64,000 bases of DNA, from the NCBI GenBank assembly GCA_965240325.2, contig OZ251224.1, positions 3,534,001 to 3,598,000 on the forward strand. Direction: 5' to 3'. Shown piece by piece: positions 1 through 10,720 of the stretch; the stretch's first letter is position 1; each line of letters starts with the position of its first letter. The stretch is from Rebecca billardiae RCC1528 (taxonomy: Eukaryota; Protista; Haptophyta). Position numbers and translations under genes: made by a program. The notes under the pieces are model-generated. The model saw nothing but the letters and a program-made list of their open reading frames with translations, was not told where the DNA came from and made no database searches.

Positions 1-1104
1 GGGGTGCCTTTCGCGCTGCGCAAGGCGCTCGTGTGGCTGCTCATTCCTTCGCCCGTCACCATGCTGCGCGTCGACGAGCCGGAGGCCCTCAAGCGCGTCT
101 TCTTTGGCGGCGAGCCTTGGCTGGTGCAGTGCAGCCGCACGGGTCTGACGCGGCGCTCGTTCAGCCAGGCCTCGCGCTACCTGCGCAATGTCACGCACAT
201 CGCCGTGCTCGACTGTGACGCGCCGCTCCCCACGAGCGGCAAGACCACGCGCGACAAGTTCAAGCTGCCCGCGCACGGCGTGTTCACGTGCGCCAACGGC
301 TACGGCCCCAAGCCCGTGCCGGACCGGACGGTCCGCGCGGCGTACAGCCTCGCGGCGCACGCGCGCTCAGCGGCGGCCCTGCCGATACACAGCCTGAGCA
401 CGCAGGCCGAGCTCGACCACGCGTGCCACGCCCGCCCGTGCCTCGCCATCGCCGAGCGCGCCGTCCGCTCAGACGTGATCCAAGCCGTCTCCGCGCGGCA
501 CCGCCGGCTGCGCGTGCTCACCGTGCCGGCGACGCACGCGCTCGCGCTGGGCGAGGACACGAGCGCGGAGGTCGTCGCACTCCGATCCCAGCCGGCCGCC
601 CGCGGCGCCACCGCCGCGGACGAGGATGCACCCGACACGGAGGCGCAGCCGCCCGTGTGGTTTGTGCGCGCGTACGACGGCGCTGCCAAGAACGATGTCG
701 ACGAGCTGTCGGCATTTGCGGTGGCGATCCCGTTCGAGGTGCCGTCGGGCGGGGATGCGTCGGCCTTCCTGTCGCCGGCCCCCGCCGTGGAGCTCAAGAC
801 GCTCTCCCGCGCCTCGGCGGCGGCCGAGCGGCGCAGGGCGGAGATGGAGCGGCGGCAGCAGATGGCCAAGGAGGAGGAGGAGTACAAGAATGCTTTCTTT
901 GCTGGCGCGGGCGAGGACGACGAGGACACGGACGGAGCCTCAGCCACGCGGGCCTCCTCGCCCGGCGCGGCGAGTGGCGATACCGATGGCGCGGGTGCGG
1001 GCTCGTTCGAGAGGGATTTCGAAGACGACGACGACGACGACGACGATGACGACGACGACGGCGACGAAGGTGGCGACGACGACGAGGTGATCGAGCTGAG
1101 CTAG
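1..1104 (+). CDS. Hypothetical protein, possible thioredoxin-like fold, charged helix and Asp-rich C-terminus; start probably just upstream of window
   Basis: Open frame from base 1 to TAG 1102-1104 with protein-like composition (VFFGGEPWLVQC, IAVLDC...SGKT..KFKL) and a GAC-repeat poly-D tail; sequence becomes AT-richer right after the stop. Confidence 0.7.
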   Translation, partial: GVPFALRKALVWLLIPSPVTMLRVDEPEALKRVFFGGEPWLVQCSRTGLTRRSFSQASRYLRNVTHIAVLDCDAPLPTSGKTTRDKFKLPAHGVFTCANGYGPKPVPDRTVRAAYSLAAHARSAAALPIHSLSTQAELDHACHARPCLAIAERAVRSDVIQAVSARHRRLRVLTVPATHALALGEDTSAEVVALRSQPAARGATAADEDAPDTEAQPPVWFVRAYDGAAKNDVDELSAFAVAIPFEVPSGGDASAFLSPAPAVELKTLSRASAAAERRRAEMERRQQMAKEEEEYKNAFFAGAGEDDEDTDGASATRASSPGAASGDTDGAGAGSFERDFEDDDDDDDDDDDDGDEGGDDDEVIELS

Positions 1105-1618
1105 CTAGCTTGGAGCCCTGTGGCGTAGTTGCCTGCTGACACTAAGGATCTTTTCTAATCGACGGTCGACGGGCCGCCTCGCGCGTCCAGAAGTACGTCG
1201 TCGTTGTCCTAGTCGCGACACTGCTGTCAGAGCTTACTAGCTAGCTTAATCAGATCCGATGTACTGCGCCGAGTGGCGAGTGAGTCAAACGACTTTGATG
1301 AATTGCTGATGAAACTCATTGAATCTCATGTCTCAGTGACTCAGTCTCAGTGATGGTGATTGATGATCAATGATGATGTGCATCAGAGAGTGTCAAACGT
1401 CGTCCGAGCTATCGTCCCACTCATCTCCGAGCCGCCGACTGATGCTGATCATCAGCGCAGGCGATTGTCATTGAGTGGAGCTCGTCTCCAGTAGAGGCGG
1501 AGAGTAGGCGGAGAGTACGAGCGTCGCGGCCTGGCCCTGGCTGTTGGCAGCGTGCAGCGCACTTTCGAGTCTGGCAGCGGCGGCGGCGCTCCGACTTGGA
1601 CCATTGGAGCGCAACTGG

Positions 1619-3397
1619 TTAGTAGTCAGCCCACAGAGGCTGGGGGCTGGAATTGCGGCGATGCGAGGACGCAGTCGTGGCGAGCCATCGCTGTATTCGC
1701 TCACGACCCACCGCCACCTCCTCCTCGAGGAGCGCGCCGTCCTCGTACGAGATGTTGTACCGCGGCCCCTTGGTCGCCGAGTGGTCCACCTCCACGTCAG
1801 TCAGCCAGTGCGTGCGCTCGGCGCCGTACACGCTGCTGGCCCAGTCGTCCGAGTACCAGTTGCGGAAGACGCGCGGGAAGTACGTGCCGAAGACCTCAAA
1901 GTGCGTGCAGTGCACGAACGACTGCGTCATGATCTTGCCGTTGTTCCGGTCAAGCCCGCCGGCGATGCCCAGGTTTGGCGGTGACGAGCCATTGAGCGCG
2001 TCGACAAACGCGCTCGCCCAGCCGGGCGAGACGAGCACCAGGTCGTCGTTGAGCTGGTACATGTAGTCCGCGCCCGCCGTGCACGCGGTGCGTAGCAGCG
2101 CGTTCCACGCCCAGCAGGGCGAGCCCGTGTCCTCCGGCGCTATGCGCACGGGCCGCACGCGCACGCGCAGCCCGTCGAGCTCCTCGCGCACCGCGGCGAG
2201 CACTTCGCCCGCTGCCGGCTGCGCGTCGTATGTGGGATCGGACGAATCAAAGCCGAGGTACAGCTCGATGTGGAAGCGCCGGTCGGCGCCGTCGAGCAGG
2301 AGCGTGCGTCTCAGCGACGGCACGAGCACATTCAGCAGCTCGAGCTCCGACGCCGGCGTCGGCTCGCGCGTCTTCACGGCGACCCCGAGTGCGATCGTCA
2401 GGCCAGTCGGCTGCAGCGCCGTCGGCGCGAGCGCCAAGGCCACCGCGCGCGCGGGCTGCACGTCGAAGAGCTGTTCGAGAGGAACCGTCGATTCGCTCTC
2501 GTCGGCGCCACCGCACGCGTCGTCCACGTGCAGCGTGATGCGCGGAGGGCCCTGCTCCAGTGCGTACGCCACGCAGCCGCGGCCGCGTGCGCGCGCGACG
2601 CGAGTGCCGTGCGCCGCGTCGCTCAGGCTCGACGCATCCGCCACGCTCCACACCTCCGCATCGCTGACCGTCTGGTAGTCGGCTTTGAGGGCGGACGGCA
2701 GCGCCTCGCCCGTGAAGAAGTCGTCGCGCTGCGACACCGCGCGCAGGAAGCACCCGTTCTGCACCGATCTGAACGCGGTGACGGGCCGGCCCGTCACGCC
2801 AAACTCGTAGCGCAGCTTGGTGAACACCGTCGCGAGCGTGCGTGTGGCCGAGCGCGCCGCCGCGCGCACCTCGTCGCGGGAGGAGACGGCGAGGAACTTG
2901 CCATTCGCACGGCAGCGAATCGTAACGTTGACGGGCTTCGCCTTCTCGATCAGCCGATACCTGCCGTCGTTCGGCCGCTCCTCCAGCACTGGCCACAGGC
3001 TAGTTGTCGGCCCCGCATGCGGCAGCTTCAATCCGCCGATGGAGCCGTCGTCATCGGGCTCGTTGTCCCCCTTGAAGCTATCGTCGTCATCGTCACCACC
3101 ATCGCGACTACGGTCGTCGTCACCCCAATGTTGAGCGCGAGATCGAGCCGAGCGTACGGGGTCCGGTTTCAGTGCGAGCTCAATGCGCTCGACCGCAGAG
3201 GCGAGATCGCGCACCTCGTGCTCCAGGCGCGTGAGTGTGCGGGCGACGGCCTTGAGCTCGCGCTCGTCCTCCTGCCGCCCGGGCAGGAATGCATGGGCCA
3301 ACGCTAGCAGCACGACAGCCAGCGCAGCGATGGCCGCCAGCAGCAGCACGAGCAGCCTTTGGTTGGGCCTTCTCTGGCGGCCGGGCGTCGACGCCAT
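1619..3397 (-). CDS. Type II membrane GT-A fold glycosyltransferase-like protein with coiled stem and fascin/beta-trefoil-like domain
   Basis: ATG at 3397 (MASTPGRQRR), N-terminal TM (LLVLLLAAIAALAVVLLALA), coiled stem, fascin-like motifs (IRCRANGKFL, FRSVQNGCFL), GT-A motifs (YLGFD, AWNAL, YQLNDD, NWYSDDW). Confidence 0.8.
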   Translation of the reverse strand: MASTPGRQRRPNQRLLVLLLAAIAALAVVLLALAHAFLPGRQEDERELKAVARTLTRLEHEVRDLASAVERIELALKPDPVRSARSRAQHWGDDDRSRDGGDDDDDSFKGDNEPDDDGSIGGLKLPHAGPTTSLWPVLEERPNDGRYRLIEKAKPVNVTIRCRANGKFLAVSSRDEVRAAARSATRTLATVFTKLRYEFGVTGRPVTAFRSVQNGCFLRAVSQRDDFFTGEALPSALKADYQTVSDAEVWSVADASSLSDAAHGTRVARARGRGCVAYALEQGPPRITLHVDDACGGADESESTVPLEQLFDVQPARAVALALAPTALQPTGLTIALGVAVKTREPTPASELELLNVLVPSLRRTLLLDGADRRFHIELYLGFDSSDPTYDAQPAAGEVLAAVREELDGLRVRVRPVRIAPEDTGSPCWAWNALLRTACTAGADYMYQLNDDLVLVSPGWASAFVDALNGSSPPNLGIAGGLDRNNGKIMTQSFVHCTHFEVFGTYFPRVFRNWYSDDWASSVYGAERTHWLTDVEVDHSATKGPRYNISYEDGALLEEEVAVGRERIQRWLATTASSHRRNSSPQPLWADY

Positions 3398-4178
3398 CTT
3401 CCGCGGTCGCCGGTGGGGCTGCGCCAGCCGGGGCGGTGGCCATCGGATTCCGGACTCGTACAGCAGCGGCATCGTGGCCCGCCTCGCAGTGCGGAGGAGC
3501 TCTAGGACTCTACATAGGCAACTAAGACGATGGTCGATCACGATGTACCGGTAAGTGTTTACAACTGAGACTCACTAGATGGCATCAGATATATTCAGAG
3601 ATGAGACGACAGATAACGTCATCCATCGATACGACAGAAGCAGACCAGAACTCAGGAGCCTCGAACCCGAGGGGCGACCGCCTGCGCACTGACGCCGGTC
3701 CCCCGACGCGGTCGGGCGGCGCGGCCCGCCACTCCCGTGCCGGTCCGACCTTCGCAGCGGTGAGCAGTCCGCGCGCCGGCCGCGACCCGCTGGCACGTGG
3801 GAGGCGTCGGGTCCGTGACGGTCACCGACCAGCAGTGGCCACCACACCATGGTAGCGCACATGCGGCGCCCGTCACGCCGGTCGGTGCGCTGGCCGCCTT
3901 AGAGCCAGCAGCATGTGGCGGCCATGGTCTGACCGTGGGTCAAACAGTGACGTGACACGTCCGTGCCCTGCCTGCAAGGCCCTCCGCCGGCAGCAACGCG
4001 AGCAGCGCGCTCGCGCGCGGCCAGACGCCGTGCACTCCTATCGATGGCCGCCGCTTCCATCGCCGCCGCACCACAACTCGCGGTGCCCTCGCTCGCCCAT
4101 CCTCCGCCGTCCTAGATGCAGGCAGGTGGCGCCCCTTCGCAGGGGCGCGCGCAGAGTTGCCGCTGCGCCACCTGCTGC

Positions 4179-4703
4179 TTAGACTCGGCTCGGGTAGAGC
4201 ATCACGCGCACGCGCCCGCCGATCGACTTGGGCGGCAGGTTCTTGCGGAACTTCGCGCGCACGACGCCGCTGTTGCCGTGTGGCCGGCAGACCTTACCCC
4301 AGATCACGCGGAAGCGCGAGCCGTCAATCTCCCGCTTCGCCTTGTAGATGTACGCGAGCCTGGGCGGCGGCAGAGCGCGCGGCGCGCGGCGTGCGGGGCG
4401 GCGCAGCAGGCGGGGTCAGCGTCGACAAGCACGCGCGACCGCGCGCGGGAAGCGCACGTCCGCGCGTCCGCGTCGGCCCCGTGCGCACGCTCGGCGTCGG
4501 AGCGGCCCACGGCATGGCGCGCGTGCACGCGCGCACCGCTTGCCCAGGTAGAAGTCCACGGCGCTGCGCTCGTTGACGCCGTCGATTTTGATGAGCGAGG
4601 TGTTGTTTGTCTGGTTCTTCTTCGCCCGCTTGTAGCCCAGGATGGCGCCCTTGCACCACAACCGGACGGGCTCGCCAGCGCTCTTCTTCTTGTCGACGCC
4701 CAT
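4179..4703 (-). CDS. RPL35A: 60S ribosomal protein L35a (eL33); exons 4703-4537 and 4359-4179, GT-AG intron 4536-4360 (177 nt), 115 aa
   Basis: Spliced product: [44 protein letters not shown]|[51 protein letters not shown], a diagnostic eL33 sequence. Confidence 0.97.
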
Positions 4704-5693
4704 CTTACAAGAGCTCACGCTGGCCTCGTGGATCGTGGACCCGCGCTCTCGCGAGGCCCGCCGCCCGGACCCATCGGCATAGGCGAATGTGCATCCGGAC
4801 CGCCCTGTCCGGCCGGCCAAAGTAAAAAAACCGGACGATGTGTTTCCGCGGGACGGCGGCGCTGGAGAGCTGCCCGACCTGAGTGCGCCCGCGCATCCGG
4901 CCCGGGGGGCGCTCGGAGAGCGCCGCGCATGGGCGCTTCGGCCCATACGCTTGGATCGGCATGGGAGAAATCTGCGATCTCGCTGCGCCGCGCCCGCCGC
5001 GCCGCGCCAGGGCGTGCGATGTGCGCGGGTCGGGCCTTTGCAGCCAAGCCGTCCGCCCGCTGCTGTGTGAGGCCGTCTCCTTAGCAGCTGGGGTGCTGGG
5101 GCGCCTGACGCTGTCCCAGGCGGCTGGGTTACCGCGCTTGGTTGTTTGATGCGTGCGCAACGCCGCAACCCGCTCGGGCCGAGCTTACAGTTTCCTGAGA
5201 ATGAGAAGAGACGCGCTGATGCACGCGGCTCGTCAGGCTGACTGCATCCAATGTCTCAGTCTGTGGGCAGCTTCGGACTCCTCACAGTCGAGTCACCTGA
5301 GACACTGAGAACTATGCAGCGCGTCGTCGGTGAAATCGACGCATCATCAGTCATCAGTGGTAGTCGTCAGCCCGCGCACACAGTTGCACTCCGACAGTGC
5401 GCGCCCCGGCGAGACTCACCGCGTCTCACGTCCGTATGCGGATGCCGCCGCAACTAGTCTATAAATCTTGATCAGACTCAGAGTGACTGAGTCTCCGCGG
5501 CTAATATGACACGCTGACGCGTCGTGGCACCGTGATCGCCGGGAGCCGTCGAGGACACTGTATACATACATATCGACTTGCGGACCGGCGTGTCGCGTGA
5601 GTCACTGACACCGCACCGTTGCCAGACTTGCCAGTTAGGCGAGTTACGAGTGACTCCGCAGCCACCGGGCGTAGTCATGATTAGATGATGACA

Positions 5694-7886
5694 TCATGAT
5701 CCTGCGCTGACTGCTGCTGCGGTAGCGTGCCGACGTCGCCAGATGGTCAGCTCGTCGTTGGTCTGTGGCCACTGGTGCACCGGCGCGACGCGCTCGCACT
5801 CGAACTCCGCCCGCAGCGCCGCGCAGAAGGCGGGCGAGGTCGTCACCGTCCAGCGCGAGCGCGCGCGGCCTGGACCGCGCTCGGCGCCAGGCTCAGGCTC
5901 TGTGATGGAGCCGACGTGCAGCACGAGCTCGCCCTTGTACGCGTCGAGCGCGGCCTTGTCCCACGGCGCGAACGCGCGCCCTTCGCGCAGGTCCTTGCTC
6001 ATCTCCTCCAGCGAGAACGGCCAGACAAGCAGCAGCGCACGCTCCGGGTGCGCGGCGGCGGCGCGCTCATCGCCGCGCCGCACGCGCGCAAACGCGCGGT
6101 GGAAGAAGTTGTTGTTGCCGGCGCGCGCGCTGGGCGGCTCGCGGTCGTAGAGCACGACGTCGACCCCGCGCGCCGCGAGCAGCGCGCCCCAGTACCCCGT
6201 GCCCGCGCCCAGCTCGACTACCGGCACGCCCAGCTGCGCGATCGCGCCGAGGGCCTCGTCAGACGGCACGGCGGAGGCGAACGCGTGCTGCACCGGACTG
6301 AGCACGCCCTGCTGCAGGACGCGCTGGATGGGGCAGACGAAGCCGAGGCCGTTGGGCGAGGGCGCGAGGAGCCTCGCGCCGCGCGACGCCATCGCGCCGC
6401 TCAGCGAGCTGCACAGCCCCGCGTCCGCGTCGCCCAGCTCCGCCTCCGCCGCCCACCACGCGCGCACCAGCCGCGGCGCAGTCGCGTCCAGAGCGCGCCA
6501 GACCTCGGCAAGCGGGTTGCGCTCGAGCGGCGGCAGCGCGGAGGTCGCCGCGGCGCTCTCCGCGTCGGCCGCGCTGGGCACGTCCTCCACGCCGAAGTGG
6601 CGCAGCACCGCCTCGCACGCCCGGCGCTCCTGCGCCAGGCCGCCCTCCCACGCGCTGCGGCCTGTACCGGCGTGCTCCACGAAAACGGCATTGACGGCCG
6701 TCGTGATCTTGTCGTCCACAAACGCGACGAGCGCGCTGAAGCGCTCGGCCTCGGTGCGCTCGTCGTCGGTGGGCGGGCGCGCGGACGCGTCGCAGAGGGC
6801 GCGCATCGCCGGCGAGTCCGCGCCGTGCGCGCGCAGCACGAGCTGCAGCGCGCTGCCGCCCATGCGGTGCGCGCGCCACTCCGCCCGAGCCCGCAGCAGC
6901 AAGCGCTCCGCGGCCGCGTTCGCGCCGCGCGGCGGGAGGGCGAGGAGGCGCAGCCCGAGCGCGGTGCCGCCGAGCGCGGTGCGCGCGTCGATCTCGGAGC
7001 CCGCGGCGAGCAGCACCTCCACCACCCCCACCTTCGTCTCCTCCGCCTCCAGGTTGCACGCGCACAGCAGCGGCGTCCAGAGCTCCGCGTCGCGCGCGTG
7101 CACGCTCGCGCGCGCCTCGAGCAGCGAGCGACACATGCGCGCGCGCTGGCAGCTGGCGGCCGCCATGAGCGCCGTGCGCCCGTCGGCGTCGCGCGCGTCG
7201 ACGGGCGCGCCCGCGCGGAGCATCACGCCCAGCACGTGCTCGCCCCACGCGCACGAGCGCGCCTCGCTCAGCGCGGGGTGGCGGAAGCCCGCCGCGGCAA
7301 AGATGGCGGTGAGGCCGTTCGGGTCGGCCGTCTCGGCGCACGAGCTCAGCTCGTGCGTGAGCGGCTCCGAGGCGGCGGCGGGCGGGAGCACGCCCGCGCT
7401 GAGCAGCAGGTCTTTGAACTCCGACGGCCACTCGCGCTCGTCGCGGACGAGCTGCTCGGCGTGCATGCGCGTGAGCAGCGCGACGGCGCGCTCCTGCGCA
7501 CGCGCGGGCGGAGGCGGCAGCCGCAGCTTGGACGGGCTGATGCCGGCGCGCGCGCAGCAGTAGCGGCCGTACGCGACGGCCGCGCGGCACGCGACGCCAT
7601 CGTCGAGATCCACCAGCACTTGCGCCAGCCGGGCCGCAGCCTTCGCCGCGAGCTCGGGCTGGCGCGCGCACTGCAGCTCGAGCGCGAGCGCTCCGTCCAG
7701 CACGGCGCGCGCGCGCTCGCGCGCGCCGAGCTTGAGGTGACAGAAGCCCAGGTTGGACGCGACTGGCAGGCGCTCCGCGTCCGAGAGGGTCGCATCCGCC
7801 AGCGCCTCCTCGTACGCCTCCGCCGCCGCCGCCACCTCCCCTCGCTTGAAGAGCTCGTTGCCGCGCTCACGGCGCGCGTCCGGCAT
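5694..7886 (-). CDS. TPR + ankyrin repeat + C-terminal class I SAM-methyltransferase-like protein
   Basis: ATG 7886. TPR (RERGNELFKRGEVAAAAEAYEEAL..SNLGFCHLKLG), ankyrin repeats (DADGRTALMAAA, DAELWTPLLCAC), SAM-binding VVELGAGTGYW..VVLYD and LLLVWP motifs. Confidence 0.85.
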   Translation of the reverse strand: MPDARRERGNELFKRGEVAAAAEAYEEALADATLSDAERLPVASNLGFCHLKLGARERARAVLDGALALELQCARQPELAAKAAARLAQVLVDLDDGVACRAAVAYGRYCCARAGISPSKLRLPPPPARAQERAVALLTRMHAEQLVRDEREWPSEFKDLLLSAGVLPPAAASEPLTHELSSCAETADPNGLTAIFAAAGFRHPALSEARSCAWGEHVLGVMLRAGAPVDARDADGRTALMAAASCQRARMCRSLLEARASVHARDAELWTPLLCACNLEAEETKVGVVEVLLAAGSEIDARTALGGTALGLRLLALPPRGANAAAERLLLRARAEWRAHRMGGSALQLVLRAHGADSPAMRALCDASARPPTDDERTEAERFSALVAFVDDKITTAVNAVFVEHAGTGRSAWEGGLAQERRACEAVLRHFGVEDVPSAADAESAAATSALPPLERNPLAEVWRALDATAPRLVRAWWAAEAELGDADAGLCSSLSGAMASRGARLLAPSPNGLGFVCPIQRVLQQGVLSPVQHAFASAVPSDEALGAIAQLGVPVVELGAGTGYWGALLAARGVDVVLYDREPPSARAGNNNFFHRAFARVRRGDERAAAAHPERALLLVWPFSLEEMSKDLREGRAFAPWDKAALDAYKGELVLHVGSITEPEPGAERGPGRARSRWTVTTSPAFCAALRAEFECERVAPVHQWPQTNDELTIWRRRHATAAAVSAGS

Positions 7887-8086
7887 CGGGGCCGAGGTCG
7901 CGCCGATACCGAGAGTGCATGCGGCTTTTGGCGAGGGCACCCGGAACGCGGTGCCGCGTGCGCCGTGAATTGTTTTTCTGGCCAGCATACGTGAGCATCA
8001 CTGACGCCGCGCAGTTACGTACGAAGACTAGCGCCGTGCGCGACACGGTAGCAGCGTCAAGCCGTGCATGCAGGAATCAGCTGCTG

Positions 8087-9286
8087 TCAGGGCTGCTCAG
8101 CGCCCTTCTTCGCCGCATTCTCCTCGGCGTCATGGTACGCCCTGACCGCGTCGTCCACCGCTGCGCACAGAGCCGCCTTGCGCGCATCGCTCGCAAAGCT
8201 GCCATTGGCGGCATTCTTGCACAGCGCGCCGACCTCCTCGGCCGTCAGCCCGCAGTGCTGCTGCAGCAGCACAAAGTTCTCTCCGATCGAGCCGAAGAAG
8301 GCCGGGTCGTCCGAGTTCACCGTCACCTTCGCGCCCGCTCGGATGAGCGCCGAGTACGCCCGGGCGCACGGCTCCCAGCCGCTGAAGAGGCCGAGCTTGA
8401 CGTTCGAGAGCGGAGACGCCGTGAGGCAGATGGCGCGCGCCACCACGTCCGCGAGCAGCGTCGGGTCCTCCCACGCGCGCACGCCGTGGTCCACGCGGTC
8501 AAGCTCGAGCGCGTCGAGCGCGACGCGCATGTGCTCGAGCGAGCGCCGCCCGTCGTCGACCTCGCCCGCGTGCGCCACCAGTTTGAGGCCCAGGCGCCGC
8601 GCGCGCTCGTACGCGGGCTTGTACAGCGCGGGCCAGTCGTCGACGTAGTCGGAGTCGCAGCCGACGGCGACTATGCGCGCGGATTGGATGTGCGGCTCGA
8701 GCGCCTCGAGCGCGCCGAGGGCGCTCTCGCAGCCACGCGTGCGCTGGAAGCACACGATGAGGCCTGACGTGATCCCAAGGTCACGCTCCGCGTCCGCGAG
8801 CGCGGCTCTGATGCCGTCAAAGACGGTGGCCGCGGCCACGCCGTTCGCCAAGTGCTCCTCAAGGTCGATGAACGGCTCGATGTGCGCCACGCCATCGTCC
8901 GCCGCACGCTTGAGGTACTCGTACGTCATGTCATAGAAGTCGGCTGCAGGCGCGCGAGGTGATGCGCGCGCGCGCGTGAGGCGTGCCTGCCTGGGGATGG
9001 GCGCAGGTGCATGCGGCGCGTGTGCAAGCGCACCTTTCGTCTGCAGCACGGTCGCGCCGAGGTAGTACACTTCGAGGAACTGCTCCAACGACTCGTACTC
9101 CTTGTACGCAGCGAACATCTCCGCCTCTGGCGGCAGATCGGCGAGCTTGCCGTTGCGCGCGGCAATCTTGCGCACGAGCGCCGGCTCGAGCGAGCCCTCC
9201 AGGTGCATGTGCAGCTCCGTCTTTGGGATTGTGCGGCACAGCGCGGTCATCGCATCGGAGGCGACGCTGCTCAGCCGCGACGCCAT
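8087..9286 (-). CDS. Adenine/adenosine deaminase (amidohydrolase family); in-frame GT-AG intron 9033-8944 (90 nt)
   Basis: PKTELHMHLEGSL, VAHAGE, RVDHG, PLSN and VNSDDPAFFG motifs. The low-complexity insert (GALAHAPH...) is bounded by G|GTGCGC...CTGCAG|CC. Confidence 0.92.
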   Translation of the reverse strand: MASRLSSVASDAMTALCRTIPKTELHMHLEGSLEPALVRKIAARNGKLADLPPEAEMFAAYKEYESLEQFLEVYYLGATVLQTKGALAHAPHAPAPIPRQARLTRARASPRAPAADFYDMTYEYLKRAADDGVAHIEPFIDLEEHLANGVAAATVFDGIRAALADAERDLGITSGLIVCFQRTRGCESALGALEALEPHIQSARIVAVGCDSDYVDDWPALYKPAYERARRLGLKLVAHAGEVDDGRRSLEHMRVALDALELDRVDHGVRAWEDPTLLADVVARAICLTASPLSNVKLGLFSGWEPCARAYSALIRAGAKVTVNSDDPAFFGSIGENFVLLQQHCGLTAEEVGALCKNAANGSFASDARKAALCAAVDDAVRAYHDAEENAAKKGAEQP

Positions 9287-9399
9287 CGCGACCTAGTACC
9301 GCCTGTGATCGGCCACGCGCGGCGCCCTGGTTGGTTGATTTCGTCGTCATCCTCGGATGTCGTAACTTTGCGACTGGTTGGCGGGCACATGTAACGGCA

Positions 9400-9558
9400 T
9401 ACAGTTTATATTTGTTTTAACGTGCGTAAGGCTCACGGTGGCAGGTTGCCGCGCCATCCTTCATCGCACGCTCTCCGAAGAGAGACCTGGAAACTGGGGG
9501 TTTGAACCCATGACCTCAGACGCAAGAGCACGCCAGTACTCCCACTCGGCCACAGACC
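9400..9558 (-). mobile_element. tRNA-derived SINE, copy 1
   Basis: Minus strand reads GGTCTGTGGCCGAGTGG (A box)...GGTTCAAACC (B box), then a structured body and AAAACAAATATAAACTGTA tail. The body/tail is nearly identical to 52433-52616. Confidence 0.8.
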
Positions 9559-9789
9559 GGCGTTATACGTACCAGCATTTTGCCCCCCCCCGGACGCAAA
9601 AGTCAGAACATGAGAACAGAGCCACGCGCGGTCGGCGGACGAATGATGATCGACGATGTCGATGGCGGCACTACGGCAGCGCGAGGTGGTGTGAATTGGT
9701 CAACATCCGAGATATGCGAGCCGCGGAAGGGGCACTCGCTGACGGACGATGCATCACGTAGATCATCGCTACGACTCTGCTCCTGCTCA

Positions 9790-10687
9790 TGAGCATGCCA
9801 CTACAGTATACTCGGCGACACGGTCGGCTGCGGTCGGCACGCGCCCGGATGGCGGCGGCGGCAGCGGCAGCACACGTCGGCGGCTGCATTGGCGCACGGC
9901 TGCTCCGGCAGGGTTGCGGCTGCGGCTGCGGGCGGGTCGGGCTGGTTGTCGACGCGCTGCGACGGTGGCAGCGGCGGCGGGCTTGGCAGCTGTCTGGGCG
10001 GCTGCTGCAGGCTGGGCGGCAGCGGCGGCTGCAGCGGTCTACTGAGGCATGCGGCGTCGGCGCCGGCCTCGGCGCGCTGGGCGCCTGCCTGCGGCTGCGC
10101 AGCGCGTGCACGGCGCGGGCCGACAGCTGGTCGGCAAGCGTGCAGCGCCGCCGTGCACAGCAGGCGTCCTGCTGCGTGCGTAGGCTGCAGCGCAGCCGTG
10201 CACGCCTGGTACACACATGGCCCTTCAAGCCAGCCGCGGAACTCGGCGCGGCCCCTGACAAAGCTCTCGCGCATGTCGGTGTAGCACTCTGCGTGAAGGC
10301 TGAGCTGGTGGCTCGCACGCTGTCGAGCGCGCGCCGGGCGGCGTCGGCGATGACACACTGGGCGTAGCAGCCGCACGCACTCAGCACGCCCTCGTCCAAG
10401 CGCATGGCGGCGAGCGCAACGAGCACGGCGAGGGCGAGGGCGAACGTGGCGCCCCAGGCGCGCGGCTCGCGGCGACTGCGACATCGAGCGCTGCGCTGAG
10501 CGCACACGCGTGCGCGGCGCGCAGTGGGCGTCGGCCTCGGCGCTGGCACCGGCGGCGGCGGGGGCATCGGCGGTTGCGGCGGCATCGGCGGCAGCGGCCG
10601 CATCTGGGCGGGGGCGCAGGACTTCACTGTCGCTGCCACGCGCAGCGCGCCTGGCTCTCACCAGATCGGGCACGTGCTGTCGGACAG

Positions 10688-10720
<33 letters not shown>

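Noticed and set aside
9487-9558. Functional tRNA gene (also 52433-52500)
   Set aside because: A/B boxes are present, but the acceptor, D and T stems do not pair properly, and both copies continue into a shared tail, which fits a SINE.
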